64,000 nucleotides of DNA from Candidatus Eiseniibacteriota bacterium (lineage in GTDB: Bacteria; Eisenbacteria; RBG-16-71-46; JABDJR01): contig CAWANH010000029.1 of assembly GCA_963783375.1 (NCBI GenBank), forward strand, positions 192,001-256,000, in the 5' to 3' direction. This document shows, piece by piece, positions 57,940 through 64,000 of this stretch. The position numbers and the translations under genes are program-made. The notes under the pieces are model-generated. The model searched no databases. It had not been told where the DNA came from and saw nothing but the letters and a program-made list of their open reading frames with translations. Position 1 is the stretch's first letter; each line of letters begins with the position of its first letter.

Positions 57940-58357
57940 GTTTTCCTCGAATCGGGCGACTACGAAATCGCTCGCCCTCGGTTGAGTCTATCTCCTTCCC
58001 CTCGTGGGTCGGAGTGGAACGCGCTCTGAACTGCGTTCCGGACCGCAGGTCCGGCAGGCCCCTCGGGATGGAATTCCACGGGGAGTCGCCTGGAACGGGG
58101 CGAACGTCTGGAAGGTGGGAACGGATACTATCCGCGTCACTTCGGGAGGGTCGTCACGTTGTGCTTCAATTGCACGCAGGCAGCGTACAGGAGATCCCGG
58201 AGAAACACCACCGGTCATTTTCGCAGGGCCGGCGACGATCCGGGGCGGGTTTGGACCGAGGGGTACCCGGGTGCGCCGAGGGTCCCGGGACGCCGGCGCG
58301 AGCCGGGACCTTGGGACTTCCCCCGAATCCTGCTAGGCTCCGCCTCTCCATAGACTT

Positions 58358-58434
58358 GGGCCCATAGCTCAGGTGGTTAGAGCGGCGGTCTCATAAACCG
58401 CTGGTCGCTGGTTCAAGTCCAGCTGGGCCCACCA
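58358..58434 (+). tRNA. tRNA with CAT anticodon, probably tRNA-Ile2 (lysidine)
   Basis: GGGCCCA/TGGGCCC acceptor (Ile-like), GCGGT-CTCATAA-ACCGC, CCA; no C1:A72 mismatch or GGG/CCC anticodon stem of the initiator. Confidence 0.85.
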
Positions 58435-58448
58435 CCCGCTTCCCCCGT

Positions 58449-60452
58449 TTACCGCCGCGCCACCAGGGCCCGCATCCGCTCGAGCTGGACCCGCTCCCCG
58501 GGGGAGGGAGCCCGCGGCGCGGCTCGGTCCAGGAATTCCAGGGCGGTGTCTTTCCGGCCCTGGGCCACCAGGCACCGGGCCACCCCCAGGCCCAGGTTCC
58601 CGTAGAGCCCCGGGCGCTCGACCGGATAGTCGAAGGCGGAGCCGTAGGCGGCCAGGGCGGCGTCGAAGTAGCGGAACGCCTCGTAGTTGAGTCCGAGGTT
58701 GTAGTAGAAGTATCCCGTCCCCGCGGGGAGCCGGGTGAGGGTGGAGTCCAGGGGCGCCGGCCCCTCGACCGCGGAGCGGTGGCCGAAGACCGCGGTCTGG
58801 GCGCGGTTGTGCCAGACGGTGATGGCGGGACCGGTTCCGCCTTCGGGGCGGAACGCCTTCACCTCCTCGTAGGCCCGGGGGAGGGCGTCGTAGAACGCAA
58901 CCTGGCGGGCGAACCGCGACCGGTCGGCGAGGTAGCGGTCGCGGACGGTGCTCACGGTGATCCAGTAGTCCGCCATCCGGTAGAGCGAGAGATCGTAGAA
59001 GGCCGCGGAAAGCTCCGGCTCCACCTGGTACATCGGGACTTCCTGGACCGCGTAGACCTTGGCGTCGTTGTCTCGGGCCAGGATCCGATCGCGGACCCGT
59101 CTCTCCAGGGGCCAGAGCACGATCGGGTCCAGGAGTTCGGGGCCGTAGGACTCGGCGGCGATCATCGCTCCGGCGGGGACGTTGGCCTCGATCCAGCGCT
59201 TGGCCTCGGTGCGGGTGTCGGGGGCCAGCCGGTGAAGCTGGTCCGCGAACCCCCCCACCGGACCCGCGGCCAGGACCAGGGCCCCCGCCGCGACCGCGGC
59301 CCGCCGCGCGGCGACCGGCCACGACCGGAGACGCCCGGCCAGCTCGGCTAGGGCGGCCCCGGCGAAGACCGCCGCGGCGGGAAGGAGCGGGAGGAGATAG
59401 CGGTCCGCCCGCATGGTCCAGGACCCGATCACGATCAGGTACGGCGCCGCGAAGGAGACCGTCACCCAGGCCCACCGCCGGCGCCTCCAGGTGAAGTACG
59501 CCGCTCCCCCCAGGGCCAGGAGCGCCGCCGGCCAGCCCAGCACCCGGGTCACCAGGGCCGCCCCGTAGAAGAGCGCGGTGGGGGAACCCGTCTGGCCGAA
59601 GTGACCGGCCCGCATGTGGGTCTCCTCCATGCCGAATTGCGCACGAAAAGACGAAAAATCAAGCAGGACATAGGGCGAGGTCAGGAGAAAGACCGCCCCC
59701 GCGACCAGGAGTCCCAGTCCCAGGAGCGTCCAGCCCGGGCGGCGCCGCGGCGGTTTCTTCCCCTTCCCCCTCGGCCCGCGCGCCGTCCCTCCGGCCAGGA
59801 AGTGCGCGGCGGCCATCGGGAGCACCAGCATCGCCCCGGTGTACTTGCTGGAGGCGGCCAGCCCCACCGTCGCCCCCAGGAGCAGGTAGTTCCGCCGCGT
59901 CGGAGCCTCGATGATGCGGACACCGAGGACCAGGGCCAGTGCGGTGAAGCAGGTGAGCGCGACGTCCACCTCGATCATCTGGCTCCGGAAGACGTGGAAG
60001 GGATTCACCGCGAGGAGGAAGGCGGCGGCCAGCCCGGCCGCGGTTCCGCCCGCCCGCCGTCCCAGCGCGAATACCGAGGCCACCGTCCCCAGCGCGAACA
60101 GGACCGCGATCCCCCGGCCCAGGAGCACGATCGCGGTGGGGTCGGTCACGTAGAGCGCTTCGTAATCCAGGGTGGAGTGCACCGTGCCCGCGGCGTGGAG
60201 AAGGAGATAGAGGAGACCCTGCCCCAGGAACTGCAGGTAGATGGTGAGGCTGGGGTAGTTGAAGAAGTGGGGGTTCATGTCGAGACTTCGAGCCGGCCCG
60301 AAGCCCCACATCTCCCAGGCCTTGCGGAGCGGGGTGGCTTCCTCGTAGATCTGGGGGAGGCCCCACCCGAGACCGTGGAGGCGCGCCGCCGCGGCCACCG
60401 CCAGGATAGCCAGGAGAAGAACGAGCGTCTTGGGGTTCTGGAAGGGTTTCAC
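58449..60452 (-). CDS. GT-C glycosyltransferase (ArnT/PMT_2-like) with C-terminal TPR
   Basis: YEE, NPHFFNYP, VDV, GLAASSKY, RYLLPLLP, multiple TM helices; YYNLGLNY TPR. Confidence 0.85.
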   Translation of the reverse strand: MKPFQNPKTLVLLLAILAVAAAARLHGLGWGLPQIYEEATPLRKAWEMWGFGPARSLDMNPHFFNYPSLTIYLQFLGQGLLYLLLHAAGTVHSTLDYEALYVTDPTAIVLLGRGIAVLFALGTVASVFALGRRAGGTAAGLAAAFLLAVNPFHVFRSQMIEVDVALTCFTALALVLGVRIIEAPTRRNYLLLGATVGLAASSKYTGAMLVLPMAAAHFLAGGTARGPRGKGKKPPRRRPGWTLLGLGLLVAGAVFLLTSPYVLLDFSSFRAQFGMEETHMRAGHFGQTGSPTALFYGAALVTRVLGWPAALLALGGAAYFTWRRRRWAWVTVSFAAPYLIVIGSWTMRADRYLLPLLPAAAVFAGAALAELAGRLRSWPVAARRAAVAAGALVLAAGPVGGFADQLHRLAPDTRTEAKRWIEANVPAGAMIAAESYGPELLDPIVLWPLERRVRDRILARDNDAKVYAVQEVPMYQVEPELSAAFYDLSLYRMADYWITVSTVRDRYLADRSRFARQVAFYDALPRAYEEVKAFRPEGGTGPAITVWHNRAQTAVFGHRSAVEGPAPLDSTLTRLPAGTGYFYYNLGLNYEAFRYFDAALAAYGSAFDYPVERPGLYGNLGLGVARCLVAQGRKDTALEFLDRAAPRAPSPGERVQLERMRALVARR

Positions 60453-60719
60453 CGGACCTCTCGGGAGCGAACCGGGGCAGGATGCCGCCCCGGAGTGGGA
60501 ACCGGGATCCTAGCAGATCCGGCGGCCGAAACGGACCCGGCGGCGACGGGGCTTGTCACCTTTTGGAGGTCGTGGTAGGCTTTTCGGCCTTGCCGTGCGG
60601 GCCTTTCATAGGCTCGGCGGCGGATGCCGTCGCGCGAGCGAGCCGGACCGGCCGGCGGTTTCGCGCCGCGGAGGACCGCGGGGCCACGCCCCGGGAAACC
60701 GACGAAGTTTGAAGGATGC

Positions 60720-60795
60720 GGGCGACTAGCTCAGTTGGCAGAGCACGTGCCTCACATGCACGGGGTCAGAGGTTCAAGTCCTCTGTCGCCCACCA
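60720..60795 (+). tRNA. tRNA-Val(CAC)
   Basis: GGGCGAC/GTCGCCC acceptor, CGTGC-CTCACAT-GCACG, CCA. Confidence 0.96.
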
Positions 60796-61086
60796 TCTTC
60801 CGATCCCCTCGGACCGGCCCCGGGCCCTGGCCGGGGACCCGGCGCTCATCGCCGCGGTGACCGCCGGCGCCCGGGGAAGCCTCCTCGCCGCGCGAGGCCG
60901 CTCGGCGGCCCCCGCTCCCGGAGCCCGATTTTCGAATCGGAGCGGACGGGGGAGGAAGACCCTGACGTGTGCCGTGAGGCGCACGTTTTTTTGTGCCCAT
61001 TTTCCGACGACCCGCGCCCCGGCGATCCGCTTCCCGAACCCCTCGACCCGCATCTCGAACCGACCCCCAGCCAAGGAGACCGTCCC

Positions 61087-61815
61087 TTGTCCGTCACCGA
61101 AATGATCGACACGCTGCGCCGCCTCCAGACCGTCGACGAGGGCATCAAGGCCATCGAGGACGAGCTGGACCTTCTTCCCCGGAATCTCGATGCCGCCCGC
61201 GAGGACCGGGCGGCGGTGGAGGAACGCCTCAAGGCCGCCGATGCCGTCCTCGATGCGGTGCACAAGCGCCGGCGGGAGCTGGAGCAGGAGATCCAGGCCG
61301 CCGAGGCCAACGTGGTCCGGTACGAGAACCAGAAGATCAAGGTGAAGACCAACGAGGAGTACCAGGCCCTGAACCTCCAGATCGCCCACGAGAAGGAGAA
61401 GAAGTCCGGGCTCGAGGACCAGGTGCTGGAGACCTTCGACGAGGAGGAGGGGGCGGCCGATCGGAAGAAGAAGATGAAGGCGGAGCTGGCCCAGGTGACC
61501 GAGGCGGTTGCCGCCAAGGAGAAGGATCTGACCGCCCGCTCCGAGGAGGACCGGACCCGGCTGGCGGAGCTTCGCCGGCAGCGTGAGGAACTCGTTCCCT
61601 CGGTCCGGCCCCAGCTCCTCAGCCGCTACGAGGCGGTCCGCGCCCGGAAGGGCGGGACCGCGGTGGTGAGCATCATCCGCGGCGCCTGCGGCGGATGCTT
61701 CACCCAGCAACCTCCCCAGAAGGTGAACGAGGTCCGCAAGGAAGACGCGCTCCACACCTGCGAGTTCTGCGGGCGTTTCCTGGTCTGGAACGTCGAGGAG
61801 ACCGCCACCTCGTGA
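61087..61815 (+). CDS. Coiled-coil protein with C4 zinc ribbon (DUF164/CT398-like)
   Basis: LQTVD, EYQAL..I, CGGC..CEFCGRFL; AAGGAG before TTG 61087. Confidence 0.88.
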   Translation: MSVTEMIDTLRRLQTVDEGIKAIEDELDLLPRNLDAAREDRAAVEERLKAADAVLDAVHKRRRELEQEIQAAEANVVRYENQKIKVKTNEEYQALNLQIAHEKEKKSGLEDQVLETFDEEEGAADRKKKMKAELAQVTEAVAAKEKDLTARSEEDRTRLAELRRQREELVPSVRPQLLSRYEAVRARKGGTAVVSIIRGACGGCFTQQPPQKVNEVRKEDALHTCEFCGRFLVWNVEETATS

Positions 61816-62237
61816 GCGGGTCCCGCTTCCGGGCCCGCACCGACGGCGCGTCCCGGGGGAACCCGGGCCCCGCGTCCATCGGGGTCTCGATCGAGGACGA
61901 GACGGGGGAAGAGGTGGCCACCGCCTCCGAGGCGATCGGGATCGCCACCAACAACGTGGCCGAGTACCGCGCCCTGGTCCGGGCCCTGGAGATCCTGGTC
62001 GGACTCGACGTCCGCCGGGTGGAGTTCCTCCTGGACTCCGAACTGATCGTGCGCCAGATGAACGGGGTGTACCGGGTGCGCGATCCCAAGATGCAGGCCC
62101 TCCACCAGGTGGTGCGCCGGGGCCTCGGCCGGTTCACCGAGGCGACCTTCCGCCACGTGCCCCGGAAGGAAAACGCCCGCGCCGACGCCCTGGCCAACCA
62201 GGCCCTGGATCGGGAGGCGAAGCGGGAGCGGTCCTAG
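61812..62237 (+). CDS. rnhA: Ribonuclease HI family protein
   Basis: TDGASRGNPG, TNNVAEY, DSELIVRQM, HVPRKENARADALAN. Confidence 0.9.
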   Translation: MSGSRFRARTDGASRGNPGPASIGVSIEDETGEEVATASEAIGIATNNVAEYRALVRALEILVGLDVRRVEFLLDSELIVRQMNGVYRVRDPKMQALHQVVRRGLGRFTEATFRHVPRKENARADALANQALDREAKRERS

Positions 62238-62326
62238 CCCGACCCGCCCGGCCGGGGGACCCCCGCCGTCCCGGTGGATTAACCCCCCCCCGTCCCCTAT
62301 ACTCACCGGCGAGCCGCAAGGCTCAT

Positions 62327-62725
62327 GCGGATGCAGACTTCCAGATGGTCGCGGCGTCCGCGAGGGCGTCGAGGAAAGTCCGAGCTCCACAGGGCAGAGT
62401 GCTGGGTAACCCCCAGGGGGAGCGATCCCACGGAAAGTGCCACAGAAAACAAACCGCCCCCGGAACCTGGTTCGGGGGGTAAGGGTGAAACGGTGAGGTA
62501 AGAGCTCACCAGCGTCGGGGGCGACCCCGGCGGCTCGGTAAACCCCACTCGGAGCAAGACCAAATAGGAGGGGATGAGGCGGCCCGCCTCGTTAGCACCC
62601 TCGGGTAGGTCGCACGAGGAGCGCGGAGACGCGCTCCCCAGATAAATGACCATCCGGCCAGGAGGTTCCCGCTTAGGCCGGAGCCTCGGGCCCGACAGAA
62701 CTCGGCTTATGGAAGTCTCATCCGC
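62327..62725 (+). ncRNA. rnpB: RNase P RNA (type A)
   Basis: GAGGAAAGTCCGAGCT, GGAAAGTGCCACAGAAA, GGTAAACCCC, GAGCAAGACCAAATAG, ACAGAACTCGGCTTA; terminal P1 pairing. Confidence 0.96.
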
Positions 62726-62806
62726 GCTTTTTTCGTCGACAACGACCATGACCACGACATCCCCACCGGCGTCGCCCACTTCGCACCGGGAGGGAGGGGC
62801 CCGGTC

Positions 62807-64000
62807 CTGACCCGCATCGCTCCGCGTCCGATTCTCGCGCTCCTGGCCGTCGGCGCCTTCCTCGCCGCCGCCGTCCCGGACGCCCGCGCCCAGACCGGAG
62901 TCTTCGGGAAGAACAAGATCCAGTACACCGACTTCCGGTGGCAGGTGCTCCAGAGCGAGCACTTCCAGGTCTACTACTACCCGGAAGAGGACACCCTGGC
63001 CCGGACCGCCCTGGGGATCGCCGAGGACGCCTACGACCGGACCTCGGCCCGGTTCCGCCACGAAGTGGGACATCGCATCCCGCTCATCATCTACTCCAGC
63101 CACCAGGACTTCGAGCAGACCAACGTCTCCCCGTACTTCCTTCCCGAGGGCGTGGCCGGTTTCACCGAGTTCCTCAAGGGGCGTGTGGCCCTTCCCTTCA
63201 ACGGTTCGTATCACGACTTCAACCACGTCATCCGCCACGAACTGGTGCACGTGTTCCAGATGTCGCGTATGGCCGAGAGCTACCGGACCCACTACCGGAA
63301 CCTTTTCGTGGGGCCGCCCCTCTGGTTCACGGAGGGCATGGCCGAGGTCTGGTCGGGCCCGTGGGACTCGACCGGCGATCTCTTCCTCGGGGACCTGGTG
63401 GTGAACGACATGGTTCCCCCCATCTCCGCGCTCTGGCGGTACTCGGGCACCTTCGTCATCTACAAGATCGGGGAGGACCTGGTGCGGTTCCTGGAGCGGG
63501 AGTACGGCCCCGACGTGGTTCCCGCGATCTACGACGAACTGTGGCGCTCGCGGAGTTTCGAGGAGGCGTTGGAGCGGGTGACCGGGATCCCGCTGGATGA
63601 GCTGAGCGAGCGCTGGCACTACGATCTCGCCCGGCGCTACTTCCCCAAGGTGGAGACGGAGAAGCCCCTGGGCCTGGCCGCCGAGCCCCTGGCGGTGGCC
63701 GGCCCGAGTTTTCAGGCCGCGGTCCCGCCTCCGGGGAGTCCCCTGGAACCCGACCGGTACTTCTTCCTCTCGCCGCGAAACGGGTACATGAGCATCTACC
63801 GCGGATCGACCCGGGGGCGGGAGAAGGACGTGGACGAGGTGATCCAGGGCCAGCGGAAACCGGAGTTCGAGTCCTTCCACGGATTCGAGAGCCGGATCTC
63901 CGTCAGCCGGGAGGGGATCCTGGCCTTCGTGAGCAAGTACCACGAGCGGGACGGGCTCTTTCTCTACGACCTCGAGCGGAAGAAGCTGGTTGGGAAGTGG
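62807..64000 (+). CDS. Secreted zinc-peptidase-like (HExxH) protein with TolB-like propeller start; runs off window
   Basis: Signal peptide, FGKNKIQY, HELVH, PLWFTEGMAE; frame open to the end; missing from the ORF track; start uncertain. Confidence 0.8.
   Translation, partial: MTRIAPRPILALLAVGAFLAAAVPDARAQTGVFGKNKIQYTDFRWQVLQSEHFQVYYYPEEDTLARTALGIAEDAYDRTSARFRHEVGHRIPLIIYSSHQDFEQTNVSPYFLPEGVAGFTEFLKGRVALPFNGSYHDFNHVIRHELVHVFQMSRMAESYRTHYRNLFVGPPLWFTEGMAEVWSGPWDSTGDLFLGDLVVNDMVPPISALWRYSGTFVIYKIGEDLVRFLEREYGPDVVPAIYDELWRSRSFEEALERVTGIPLDELSERWHYDLARRYFPKVETEKPLGLAAEPLAVAGPSFQAAVPPPGSPLEPDRYFFLSPRNGYMSIYRGSTRGREKDVDEVIQGQRKPEFESFHGFESRISVSREGILAFVSKYHERDGLFLYDLERKKLVGKW

Noticed and set aside
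58358-58434. Initiator or elongator tRNA-Met call
   Set aside because: Lacks initiator hallmarks and the acceptor stem is Ile-like; Ile2 is preferred but not certain
61087-62725. Zinc ribbon-RNase HI-rnpB cluster as a novel system
   Set aside because: A familiar conserved gene neighbourhood in several bacterial phyla

Overview
High-GC bacterial chromosomal window made up mostly of core genes: pilQ-like secretin end, aroK, rsmD-coaD-aminotransferase-obgE-dprA, a futalosine menaquinone operon (mqnE-mqnA-mqnC-UbiA-ubiX-ubiE), glmM-glmS-ridA, lepA-lepB-hemW, a partial complex I cluster (nuoB-D-G-I), icd, nrnA-dnaJ-rsmE-rpsU-mutS2-dnaG-rpoD, two superoxide dismutases and asnB. It also carries five tRNAs (Phe, Thr, Sec, probable Ile2, Val) and RNase P RNA. 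I found no mobile element or CRISPR array. The secreted-protein tails suggest an FCB-related lineage such as Ca. Eisenbacteria or Krumholzibacteriota (inference). The best leads are: (1) a short C-terminal P-x-E-x-x-T-W-[GS]-R-x-K-x-x-Y-R motif on two unrelated secreted proteins, one of which shares its domain with a neighbour ending in a FlgD-Ig/T9SS-like tail, suggesting an uncharacterised protein-sorting signal; (2) an isocitrate dehydrogenase with a CxxC..CxxC insert in its active-site loop; (3) a stand-alone nuoB-D-G-I module; (4) a histidine pseudokinase; (5) a DP-EP-like protein next to a YbhB/Ser-Thr kinase pair. The three frameshifts (ubiX, nuoD, asnB) are probably assembly errors. 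All family calls come from reading motifs by eye; no database searches were run.
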